Of a stretch of DNA of 64,000 nt, positions 35,899 through 46,457 are shown in pieces; the stretch's first letter is position 1; each line of letters opens with the position of its first letter. The stretch comes from Selaginella moellendorffii (Eukaryota; Plantae; Lycopodiophyta), in NCBI RefSeq assembly GCF_000143415.4, contig NW_003314348.1, positions 686,062 through 750,061 of the forward strand. The letters are read 5' to 3'. The notes under the pieces are model-generated. The model did no database searches. It saw nothing but the letters and a program-made list of their open reading frames with translations, and was not told the origin of the DNA. The position numbers and the translations under genes are program-made.

Positions 35899-37569
35899 TC
35901 ACCGCAGCGAGTACATGCTAGAGAGCATCACATACGGCGTTCCATCCTCGGGTTCTAGCTCCGCCACAAGCCGGGCAGCTCTGTGACCCTGTTCGTCCAT
36001 CCCCTCCACTTGGGTCTTGCAAGCGCTCAGCAAGTGCATCCACGAGTAAACATCCGGCTCGAATGGCATCGCCGCCATGAGCTCCTCCGCCGCCACCAGC
36101 CTCCCGGATCGTCCCAGCATGTCCACCATGCAAGCGTAGTGCTCCATCTGGGCTTCCACTCCAAAGTCTCCCACGCCAAGCTGGAAGTAAGCTCGGCCGC
36201 CGTGAACCCGCCCGGCGTGGTTGCAAGCGCACAGCACGCTCACCAGCGTCACCTCGTCCGGGCTCACGCCTTCGAGCGCCATGGCGTGGAAGAGCTCCAG
36301 AGCTTGCCTCCCGAGCCCCTGCTGCGCGTAGCTCGCGATCATCGCAGTCCAGGATACCGCGTCCTGCGTGTGGAGCCGCTCGAGCACCGCGCGAGCCTCG
36401 CGCAGGCTGCCGCATTTCCCATACATGCTGATGAGCGAGCTCTCGACTTTGGAGTGGTAGAGCACAGAGCCACTCTCGGCGATGGCGGCGTGGACCATCC
36501 TTCCATCGCTAACCGAGGCCAAGTCGCCGCAGGCCTCGAGCGCGCTGATGAACGCGACTTCGTCTGGCCTCTCGCCCTCCAGGATCATCCTCCGGAAGGT
36601 GACGAGCGCCTCGTCGAACTCGCGGTTCCGGCAGCACGACGAGAGCATCACCGTCCAGGACACCACGTCCCGCCGCTTCATCCTCTCGAAAGTCTCTCTC
36701 GCGTCGGCCAGGCTCTGGCACTTACCGTACATGTTGACGAGCGAGTTCTCCACCGCGAGCTCGCCGGTGAATCCGAGCTGGGCGATGCTGGAGTGGATCT
36801 CTCGGCCTCTGGCCAAGCTTCCCAAGTTGGCGCACGCATCCAAGCCCCCCGTGATCGTCACTGCGTCGCCCCTGACGCCTTCTAAGTCCATGACGCCGAA
36901 GAGCCTCAGTGCCTCGGCCGAGTCTTCGTTTCTCACGTAGGCCGCGATGAGAGCGTTCCAGGACACCACATTCCTCACGGGCATCTTGTTGAAAAACTCT
37001 TTCGCTTCTTGCAAATGCCCGTGTTGGGCATAAGCCGTCACCATGGAGTTCCAAGTCACGACGCTTCTCTCGCCCATCTCGTCAAACAAGTCGCGAGCTT
37101 TCTGGAGATGGCCTTTTTGGGCATACGCGGCGATCATGGTATTCCACGAAGCAGCGTTTTTCCTCGGCATCTTATCGAACATACTTCTCGCCGTGTCCAT
37201 ATCCCCTCTCTGGGTATAAGCCGCGATCATGGTGTTCCAGGTCACTTCACATCTCTCGGTGGCAGCATCAAAGAGTTCCCTGGCACCTTGAAGATGGTGG
37301 CTCCTCACATAAGCGGCGATGATCATGTTCCACGTATAGAGGTTCCTGTGTCTCGGCCCGGTGCCATCGAACACTTCTTTGGCGTCCTTGAGGCTTCCAC
37401 ACTTGCCATACATCTCGATCAAGAGGTTTCGCAGGAAGCCGTTCTTGTCGAGGCCGGCAGTAGCGATTTCAGCGTGGACACGCTTGCCTTCTTCCAAGTT
37501 TTTGGAGCTCCCACACTTTCGCAGGAGGGGAGCGTAGTGATCCAAGTCGTGAGGGCTGATCGAGATCAT
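35899..37569 (-). CDS. PLS-class PPR protein with E domain
   Basis: Tandem WNTMIAAY short repeats, MYGKCG units, and EHYACMVDMLGRSGRL...MPFEPDVYSWMHLLSAC. Confidence 0.92.
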   Translation of the reverse strand: MISISPHDLDHYAPLLRKCGSSKNLEEGKRVHAEIATAGLDKNGFLRNLLIEMYGKCGSLKDAKEVFDGTGPRHRNLYTWNMIIAAYVRSHHLQGARELFDAATERCEVTWNTMIAAYTQRGDMDTARSMFDKMPRKNAASWNTMIAAYAQKGHLQKARDLFDEMGERSVVTWNSMVTAYAQHGHLQEAKEFFNKMPVRNVVSWNALIAAYVRNEDSAEALRLFGVMDLEGVRGDAVTITGGLDACANLGSLARGREIHSSIAQLGFTGELAVENSLVNMYGKCQSLADARETFERMKRRDVVSWTVMLSSCCRNREFDEALVTFRRMILEGERPDEVAFISALEACGDLASVSDGRMVHAAIAESGSVLYHSKVESSLISMYGKCGSLREARAVLERLHTQDAVSWTAMIASYAQQGLGRQALELFHAMALEGVSPDEVTLVSVLCACNHAGRVHGGRAYFQLGVGDFGVEAQMEHYACMVDMLGRSGRLVAAEELMAAMPFEPDVYSWMHLLSACKTQVEGMDEQGHRAARLVAELEPEDGTPYVMLSSMYSLR

Positions 37570-37639
37570 GGAACATCAACCTTTTAACGAGCCAGAAAAA
37601 TTACCAAAAGAATCACTGTACAGTCTTGATGCCTACTCT

Positions 37640-39189
37640 TCACAGCATCCATCTCTTTCCTATGTAGAAGGCGATGGCAACTAAAACCAAACACAGAGAT
37701 CCAACCCACCAGCGAACTCCCCACGATTTTTTCTCGGGGACTTCGGGGACTTCAAGCAAAGCACCGACCTGCAAAAGGCATCAATCACTCGCGAAGGCAA
37801 AACAACACACCTCGATCGGTGGTTTGGCCCAGTTGGCAATGATCCCTGGGACGTGACCTTGGCCGACAACCGCAACAACGGAGGCGTGTTTGCTGCACGC
37901 GCTTCTCAGTGTTGAAGTCATGAATCTGCTCGAGCAAACCAAAGCAGGAGAAGATTTACGAAGCGTACATCGAACTTACAAGTCTCTTTCCGTCAGGAGA
38001 GCGTTTATAAGCGAGGGAAAACTCTTGACATATTCTCCCAGGAGCTTTACAGTGTCGTCGGAGAGCTCCTGAAGCAAAGTATCTAAGGGAACTGCTCTAC
38101 AGGGAAAACGAAAAGTTGGCAAACCATTTTGTCAACCCACGGTAGGAAGATTATACTCAAGAGTAAACTCCCGCCCAGCTTCATCTTTTGCCACAGTGTC
38201 AACCCCGCCGTAGCTCGTTGTAGTGTAATCTAAAGACGAACAAGTCACTAGACTGACAAAAAGTCATACACTACTTACCGAGTTAAGCCGGTCCCCGAGA
38301 ATAATTTCCGCATTGCACGCGCGTCCTGTATTGTAAGCTCTTCGGAATTCGTCCCCCGGTGAAACTTCCAGCCTTTGAGCAACCTGAACGTCTATAGTTT
38401 TGAAGTGATTTACACCTACGAGGAACGATACCTTTGCGAGGAAGTAAGAATACATTTTTCCAAGGGTATTCTCTTGCTTTGATCGCCAGGCTTCTAGCAT
38501 CTTCTTTACTGTGGGAATCTGAGAGGAAAACAAAATGAAATACCAATCCATAAAAACGTACTTCATGAATCGTTGGTTGCAAAAGCAAAGAGCGTCGTTC
38601 ACTGCATAACTCAAGAAAAACTGCCTGTTCACGAAATGAAGAACAAAAAGGTGAAATGTAGAACAAAAAGCGAAGAAAGCTAAACCTCTGGTTTGACGAG
38701 CTTGATCACGGCCTCAACGAGATCGCATGACTCCTGTTATTGTATTTCAATTCCACAATTTCATGAAACAAGAAGCAAACAGATACCATGCTAACGCGAA
38801 GGAAGAAAACTACAAATACTTCCCTTAGAAACATGCGATGTGCCGACGATATAGACCGTAGACTCAAGGCCGGTCTCCCCCGAAATGTGATGAATGATTT
38901 TCACAGATTTTATCATCTTCTTAGGCAACTCGCGGAGAGCTTCCACTTCTTCTCCCTCTTCTTCTTTTTCTTGTCCTTGACCTTCTCCTTCTTCGTCGCC
39001 TCTTCGATCCTCCTGTTCCTCCGCCCCGGCGTGTTTATCAGACCTCTCCGTCTCTACTGAATCTTCAACACGATCCAATCGATCGCCTCCGGGATCCACC
39101 TTAGAATTCTCCAAGCGATCCGTCTCGAATGCGGCGGGAGGAGCATCATACACCTTTCCCGCGGCGTCTCCGTTCGTGCTCTGCGCCAT
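37640..39189 (-). CDS. TraB-domain protein copy 1, tail-anchored; possibly splice-defective
   Basis: VYIVGTSHVS, AVFLELCSER, PGDEFR..IILGDR, VVAVVGQGHVPGI and a C-terminal hydrophobic helix WWVGSLCLVLVAIAFYIG. The first intron donor reads GG. Confidence 0.8.
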
Positions 39190-39469
39190 GCTCCGCACTA
39201 AAACCTCACTCAATATCAACGCTTCTCTTCGTCATACATTTTAAAGCCCGCGAAAAGCCATTCAAAGCGAAGTACCATTCTTCTTTGCAGGCACCGCGAT
39301 CCTAGTCTTCTTTCGGAAGTCCAATTCAAGCGGCGAACCGGCGGCCTCGCCCGGCGCACGCCGTCGCGTTTTTCTGTTTTTCGAAAAAACGAAAAACTCA
39401 CAGATTTGAGATGGATTACTTGTGCACCAATCCCTCTCCCAGGATGCCGTCGTGCATGTTGATGAGCGA

Positions 39470-40128
39470 GTTCGCCACCGTGAGCTTGGGCGATCCTGGA
39501 GTGTACGACGCCGGGACGATGACGGGAGGCTTGGATGCGTGTGCCAACTTAGGAAGTTTGGCGCTAAGTGATCCCTTTGGAGATGCCCAAGCATTCGCAC
39601 AAAGTTTGAGGTTCCAAGTCCATGAGCCTCAGTGCCTCGGCCGAGTCTTCGTTTCTCACGTAGGCCGCGATGAGAGCGTTCCAGGACACCACATTTCTCA
39701 CTGGCATCTTGTCAAAAAAAACCCTTTCGCTTCGTGCAAACGCCCGTGTTGGGCTATGCCGTCACCATGGAGTTCCAAGTCACGACGCTTCTCTCGCCCA
39801 TTTCGTCAAACAAGTCCCGAGCTAGCCTCTTTGGGCATACGCGGCGATCATGGTATTCCACGAAGAAGCGTATTTCCTTGGCACAAACTTCTCGCCGTGT
39901 CCATATACCCTCTCTGGGTATACGTCGCGATCATAGTGGCGTCTCACGTAAGTGGCGATGATCAAGAGGCTCCTGTGTCAATGCCTTCTCTAGCGTACTT
40001 GAGGCTTGCCATACATTTCGATCAGCAGGAAACCGTACCGTTTTTATCAAGGCTTCTCTTCTAACAAGTTTTTGGAGCCGCCACACTTTCGGAGAGGGGG
40101 AGCGTTCGTGAGGACTGATCGAGATCAT
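39470..40128 (-). pseudogene. Collapsed PPR pseudogene, duplicate of 35899-37569
   Basis: Same start MISISPH and matching segments (GGACACCACATT, CCATGGAGTTCCAAGTCACGACGCTTCTCTCGCCCAT) with many deletions and frameshifts. Confidence 0.85.
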
Positions 40129-40190
40129 AAGAGAGCTGGAACATAACGCTGTTAACCTCTAACGAGGTAACCGGAAAAATTACAGGCTCT

Positions 40191-41768
40191 TCACAGCATC
40201 CATCTCTTCCCTATGTAGAAGCCGAGGCCAACTCCAACCAAAAACAGAGATCCAAGCCGCCAGCGAACTCCCCACGATTTTTTCTCTGGGACTTCAAGTA
40301 GAGCATCGACCTGCAAAAGGCATCAGCACTAGAAAAATGCGAAGGCTAATAAACAACACACCTCGATAGGTGGTTTGGTCCAGTTGGCAATGATCCCTGA
40401 AACGTGACCTTTGCCGACAACCGCAACAACGGAGGCGTATTTGCTGCACGCGCTTCTCAGCGTTGAAGTCATGAATCTGCTCAAAGAAACCGAGCGAATA
40501 AGAGTTAAGAAGCGCCAGACGAACTTACAAGTCTCTTTCCGTCAGGAGGGCGTCCAGAAGCGTGGGAAAATTCTTGCAATATTCTCTCAGGAATTTTACA
40601 AATTCATCGGTGTCGGTGAGCTCTGTTAACTGAAGCAAAGTGTTAAAGAGAACTGCTCTATAGGGAAAACGAAAACCTGACAAACCATTTTCTCGAGTTC
40701 TTCAGCCCCCGGTAGGCAAATTATACTCCAGAGTAAAGTCCCGCCCAGCTTCATCTTTTGCCAGAGTGTCAACCTCGCCACAGCTCGTTTCAGCGAAATC
40801 TAAAACAAACAAGTCACTCCACTGACGGAATGCCATGCGCACTACGTACCGAGGCAGGCCGGTCCCCGAGAATAACAAGCGCATTGCAAGCGCGTCCGAT
40901 TTCATAAGCTCTTCGAAATTCACCCCCCGGTGGAACTTCCAGCCTTTGAGCAGCCTGAAAACCTGTAGTTTTGAAGTGATGTACACTTACGAGGAAGGAT
41001 ACCTTTGCGAGGAAGTACGAATAAATGATTCCAAAGGAATTCATTTTCTTTGATCTCCACGACTCTAGCATCTGCTTTACTGTGGGAATCTGAAAATTCA
41101 ACGGAGGAATACAAAATAGAATACTCATCCATAACAATCCATAAAGACGTACTCCATTTGTTGTTTTCAAAAGCAACGAGCATCGTTCTCTGCACAACTC
41201 AAGAAAAACTGCCTGTTCACGAAAAGAAGTCAGATAGAGTGTGTGGAACAAAAAGTGAAGAAAGCTAGCCTCTGGTTTGACGAGCTTGATCACGGCTTCA
41301 ACGAGATCGCACGACTCCTGTAATTGTTTTTCATGAATTCCATGAAACAAGAAAGGAAAAAGAAAGAATGCCATGCAGCCCAAAGGAAGAAAACTAATAA
41401 GCTCGAGAAACACTTGCCTTAGAAATATGCGCTGTGCCGACCATATAGACCGTAGACTCAAGGCCGGTCTCTCCCGAAATGTGATGAATGACTTCCACAG
41501 ATTTTCTCATCTTCTCAGGCAACTCGCGGAGAGCTTCCTCTTCTTCTCCCTCTTCTTCTTTTCCTTGTGCTTCTTCTCCTTCTTCTTCGCCCCTTCGATC
41601 CTCCTGTTCCTCCGCCCCGGCGTGATTCTCAGTCTTCTCCGTCTCTACTGAATCGTCGACACGAACCAATCGATCGCTTCCGGGATCCACCTTAAAATTC
41701 TCCGAGCGATCCGGGGGAGGAGCATCACAGACCTTCGCCGCGGCGTCTCCCGTCGTGCTCTCCGCCAT
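40191..41768 (-). CDS. TraB-domain protein copy 2 (tandem duplicate)
   Basis: VYMVGTAHIS, AVFLELCRER and PGGEFR..VILGDR, with the same exon layout as copy 1. Two donors read GC. Confidence 0.8.
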
Positions 41769-41920
41769 GCTCCGCCCTAAAACCTCAGTCGACAATGCGA
41801 CGAATTATACCAAAAAGCTTTGGTCAAGCCCAAAAACTTCCCAACGTTAGGTCTTGTCACGATCCTAGTCTCTTCCGAAAGTCCAATTCTTTTTAATTTT
41901 TGGCAGAAATTGAGGAATGC

Positions 41921-42956
41921 TCACTAAAGAAAAAAGAAAAAACGGAAAAGTATTACATCGAGTCCACAAAAAAAGAAGCTGTTTATATATACCTTGCTCG
42001 ATGTGAGATGGATTGTGGCTACTGGCAGTGAACGATGTGGCGCATTGGCAGAAATCGTCCAGACATCCCTGTGCTTTTCACTCTGGAAAGAAGAAAAGTG
42101 AGAGTCGATGAAGCTATCGATCAGGATGAGAGGGAATGGTAAGAACGAGAGAGATAGAGTGGAGTCGATCAATCTATGACCAAGAAGAGCTCTTACCGGA
42201 GAGGGTATGAGCACGAGAGAGATTGGAAAGAAGAAGAGAGAGAGAGAGAGTGGAGGCTCGATCAATCTATCACAAGAACGAGAGATCTTACCGGAGAGGG
42301 TATGAGCACGAGGAAGAGAAGTATCTTGGGGACGCCATTGAAGTTGGGCTTTGTGAAGCTTAGGCAGTTATTGACGGAGGTGCTGAAGAAGAACTTGTCG
42401 AGATTTGTGAGCACCAATCCCTCGTGCAGGATGCCATCGATGTTTATCTCGGGCGTGCCGTGGAACATGAATCTGATCAGATCCATCCCTGATCCATGTA
42501 ATAGAAGCGAAAGCAGGAGTGAGAGAGGAAATTTTAGGCAAGAAAGGAAGAAGAAGAGCGTACGATAGGATATTGGATCGATCGAGCGAGGGAACACGCT
42601 ACCTGGACGGTCATCGCCGAAGAGCCTCTGGCACTCGCGGCGGAAGCCAGTGTAGGGCGCGTAATCGGCTTGTTGCAAGCCGGGATTCATCTCCACGGTG
42701 TAGTTGTAGCAGCTGATCATCCAGGAGACCCTGGAGCGCACGAAATCCGGATCAAGGAAGGCCGCGAGCCAGTATCTGTCCTCGGACGCTGCCACATTGT
42801 GAAGCGCTGCCGGTTCTTCCTCCTGGCGAGCAAAGACGGGGCAAAGATCACGAAATTTCGAAAGATTTCCAGCGATCCTGGACCGAAGAAGCGGAAATTC
42901 ACCGGATTTACCTCGCGAAGCCGGCCCAGCCCTGGAATCGACGCGCAAGCCCCCAT
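41921..42956 (-). CDS. Small N-myristoylation-motif PARP/ADP-ribosyltransferase-fold protein (184 aa)
   Basis: Exons 42956-42912, 42822-42603, 42488-42292 and 42082-41993, then a stop at 41923-41921. All introns are GT-AG and in phase. Motifs MGACAS, RFMFHGT..NIDGILHEGL, FFFST...CLSF, KILLFLV and DVWTI...SLPVATI. Confidence 0.7.
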
Positions 42957-43224
42957 TCTACCCTAGCCAAGCTTCTCCGTGAAATTCATTCAAATACAAT
43001 GGAAGGCGCTTAAAACCCAGAGGTTCCTTCGAATATGCGGATGCTCTTGATTCCTAGAATATGCTTTTTACACGGTCTTGACGCCGCCGCCTTTGTTCTT
43101 CCTTCTTTGTTTCATCGCTGCTGGGCTTAGCTGCTCCTCTCGCTCGCGCAGCTCTTCTCCTCACTAGAAATCGCCAGCTTCGAGCTTTGTGGTTTAACTC
43201 TCCTTTAGTTCAAGTAAATTTCCA

Positions 43225-44470
43225 TTTTACACTTAAAAGCTTCGATGTGAAAGACCTCCATCAGCGACTGCATCTTTCGCAGAGATGGCAAGCTTCGTGA
43301 CATTGTCCCTCCACATTTGGCCTGCTTCTCCCATCATATCCTTCACTGCCTTTTCAACGATCGTGGCATCTGGACTCGGTGGCAAGCGAGAGCCGATCTT
43401 CCAATGCTCCACAGCAAGCACACAGTTAAGTGGCTGCTCGTACAAGAAAGGCCATCTAATCACGGAGACTCCAAGCACGAACGATCGTCTCCAAAAAGAG
43501 AATTCCATCCACAATGAGTGAGAAACGCACCCACGGAACGATGCTTGAGAACCTGTGTGGACGACATATTAAGCAAGAAAAAGAGGTAAAAGAAGAAGCT
43601 TACCTTGAGCTGAGAAGCCCAGGAAACAAACTTGCATTTGTCATAACTTGGGTCTTAGAAAAGCTTTCGAAGCTCATTGTTGTCTGATCCTATCACCCAG
43701 GCTTCCAAAGGAGATGTAGATGACTGATTTGGACGGCTGCTCGTCCAACCAGTCGAGGCAGCTCATATCTTCCATCCAAAAACCACACCTCTCCTGCTCG
43801 AGTTCGTACACTCCAACCTGGCCGTCGAATGCAAATGACGGAAGCAATTGACCGATTGGAACAAACTGTGGAGTGTCTCTAGCAAGTTGGTCGAGCTGAG
43901 ATGTTTCCAACTCGTAGAAAGAGTTTATAAACACCAGTATACCGGAGAGTGAAGTTGGGATCTACAGCGTGAACTTCTTGAAGATGCAAAGGAAATTCCC
44001 GTCCAGAAATTGGAGGGAGGCCGGGTACGAAATCTATGATCCTCGAAGGAATAATAAAAACTCAGAGGAATAGATTAAATTACCTTTTAGCGACAGGAGT
44101 CCATTTTCCTTGAGCACAAGAAGACCATTCTGGATGCTAAGCCACGAAGCAGAAAATGTTGAAAGAGTCACCTTGCAAATCAGGAACTGGCGAGCGACGC
44201 CTTGAAGGCTAGTAATTGCCAAGTCGATGCACTCTAGGCAGAGAATCATCTACCATGATATCTCAAATAATCTTGGGCACCGCCAGTTTGAGATTCTTCT
44301 CCAAGATAGCAGCAAACTGGAGTGGAACCGTAGTGACGGAGAAGGCTTCTGGAATGAAGGCATCCTGTAAGTCGACAAATCTCAAGTGCTGACTAGTAGC
44401 TTGTTGCTCAGTAGCTATAAAAGTCTCCCTTTTGTTTGAGATTAAGAAAGTGATGATGAAAAAATCCATA
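43225..44470 (-). pseudogene. UGT pseudogene (copy 5)
   Basis: Frameshifted UGT pieces (NKRETFIATEQQ, FINSFYELETSQL, HWKIGSRLPPSPD) with the start missing. Confidence 0.88.
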
Positions 44471-45122
44471 TAAAATCAAATTTATTCTCCTTTTCAATCT
44501 CAATTGCATTTTTTTCTTGCCATGTCATTGTCAATTAAAGAGTGTGTCATTCAAGACTACTTCCAATATTACCTTTTCATCTTCTAAGGGTAGAAGTATT
44601 AAGTAATATGCTAGTCTATCCATTCTTATATATAAGTAATAAACCCCAAGTAATATATCTATTATCATACCATTCCTATCTACTTTTGGTAAAAAAAATG
44701 GCAATGCAATGTAGTTTTCTTTTTAATAGTGTAATGCTTGCTATGCTTATAAGAGCAATGAAGTTTAGGACTTGAAATTTTCTATCACAATTTTCAAGTA
44801 TATATGAAAAATCTAGCAAGAGCTTAGAGATTATGTTAAGGGATAAGACTCTAGTAGGAAATTATATGGTAGTTCTAATAGTTAGACTGCTTTTCTTACT
44901 TGCACGATACATCTATTGGTTATTATTTAATTAGCAACTTGAAGAACAAATAGTCTTATTTAATTAGCAACTTGAAGAACAAATAGTCTAGCCTTTCTTT
45001 CTAACATATTATTGTCTATTAATACATGAGTTTTTATTTTTCCAGTTGAGTTGGGATCCCTACTAGTAATAATAATATGGGAAGATAGATTTTGTAAAAG
45101 ATGGAGAAAAGATTAAAATCTT

Positions 45123-45560
45123 CATAGATATGGGTTCAAAGAAAAACTAATATAATCTTTATCTACTTTATGAAATCTACTAATATATGCTCAATTTTAC
45201 TAATTACACCCAAAAACATTTGTTGTAAACTACCCCCACCTTTAAAGCTAACACCTTGAATGAAAGTTATTATTATTAACAAAAATATTCTTATATTCAA
45301 GATGTGTGGTTTTTGAATCATATTTGTTTTTATTAAATTTATTATTTAGTGTTTCAAATAATAACATTTCAACATATATTTATATCTTTTTCCCAATCCA
45401 CTTAAACGTTTTTTATTAGTAACTAAAGAGAAATTCAGACAAATATATTCATACTTTGTTCATATGTAAGTTAAATATATATTTGGATGAGCTTACTCAT
45501 ATAATTTGAAATTTATGTGATACAGCTTTAGTCTAGTTAAATTAATTTATTTTTGCCTTA
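45123..45560 (-). pseudogene. Decayed tandem paralog of the AT-rich secreted-protein gene
   Basis: Minus-strand remnants in the same order as 45789-46245: ETLNNKFNKNKYDSKT, QGVSFKGGGS, N*AYISRFHKVDKDYISF and LNPYL. Stops and frameshifts are present. Confidence 0.7.
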
Positions 45561-45788
45561 TAAGTAAATATAAGGCAAAAAATGTATGTGCTTAGGATAA
45601 AACTTTTACTGTAAATTTATTTTTCTTTTGATTTATTTTAACTCATTTAAAAATAAATTTGACTACTTACTTTATAAACTTATAATGGAAAGTGCATTAT
45701 CAGTTAAGGTTTTCTAAAACAAATTAAAAATTATAATTATGTATTTGACACTAGAACTCACTAGTTTTATTTTTAAAGTAGACTATTA

Positions 45789-46245
45789 TTATTTCCATGG
45801 ATATGGATTTAAATCTAGATTATCAAAAATAATATACCCATTATTTATTCTATGTGTTCTACCAGTATATGCCCAATTTTGCCAACCATACCATGAACCT
45901 TTTGTTATAAATTCTCCTTCACCTCTGAATATTACACCTTGAAATTTAATAGAGTTAATTAAAATATCTTGACATTCTTGGTACGTTTTTCTATCATAAT
46001 ATTTTTTATCAAATTGATCATTTAATGTTTCTCTCCAAATAATAGAATTTCCATATAAATTACAGCTATTTAAAGCATTTAGCATATCTGGTTTCCAATT
46101 AACTAAAAACAAAATTACTACAAATGAAAAAAAAATCAAATATATACATACTTGGTTTACTTGTTAAGTTGAATAAATTTGCTGATGAGCTTACTAATAT
46201 AATTTTAATTAAAAGAATAAAAATAATTACTAATTTAGTTGCCAT
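45789..46245 (-). CDS. Small secreted protein of unknown function in an AT-rich island (2 exons, about 135 aa)
   Basis: Exon 1 (46245-46152) is signal-peptide-like: MATKLVIIFILLIKIILVSSSA. A 49-nt GT-AG intron (46151-46103) joins it in frame to ORF 45789-46139, ending FRGEGEFITKGSWYGWQNWAYTGRTHRINNGYIIFDNLDLNPYPWK. Confidence 0.7.
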
Positions 46246-46457
46246 TGTATATACTAGAATTTAATTCTAAAAAATTCATTTTAAATACTAAATAGCCAAA
46301 TTTCTTTTTCTGAGTTTCCAATTTCTTTTTCAGAGTTTCCAATGAAGTCAAGTAAAATTAAATAAATTAATTCTCTCCTATATCCTAAGCATAACGTATA
46401 TTTTTACAAAAAATTGTTTTAAAAAAGGAGTCAATTCTATATTTTTTTTGCCATAAA

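Noticed and set aside
33896-37587. Long plus-strand ORFs opposite the PPR genes
   Set aside because: Antisense shadows of GC-rich coding sequence.
44921-44990. About 33-bp tandem duplication (similar small ones at about 46300-46342, and a hairpin at about 45551-45581)
   Set aside because: Typical slippage products in AT-rich DNA, with no terminal repeat or TSD structure defining a MITE.
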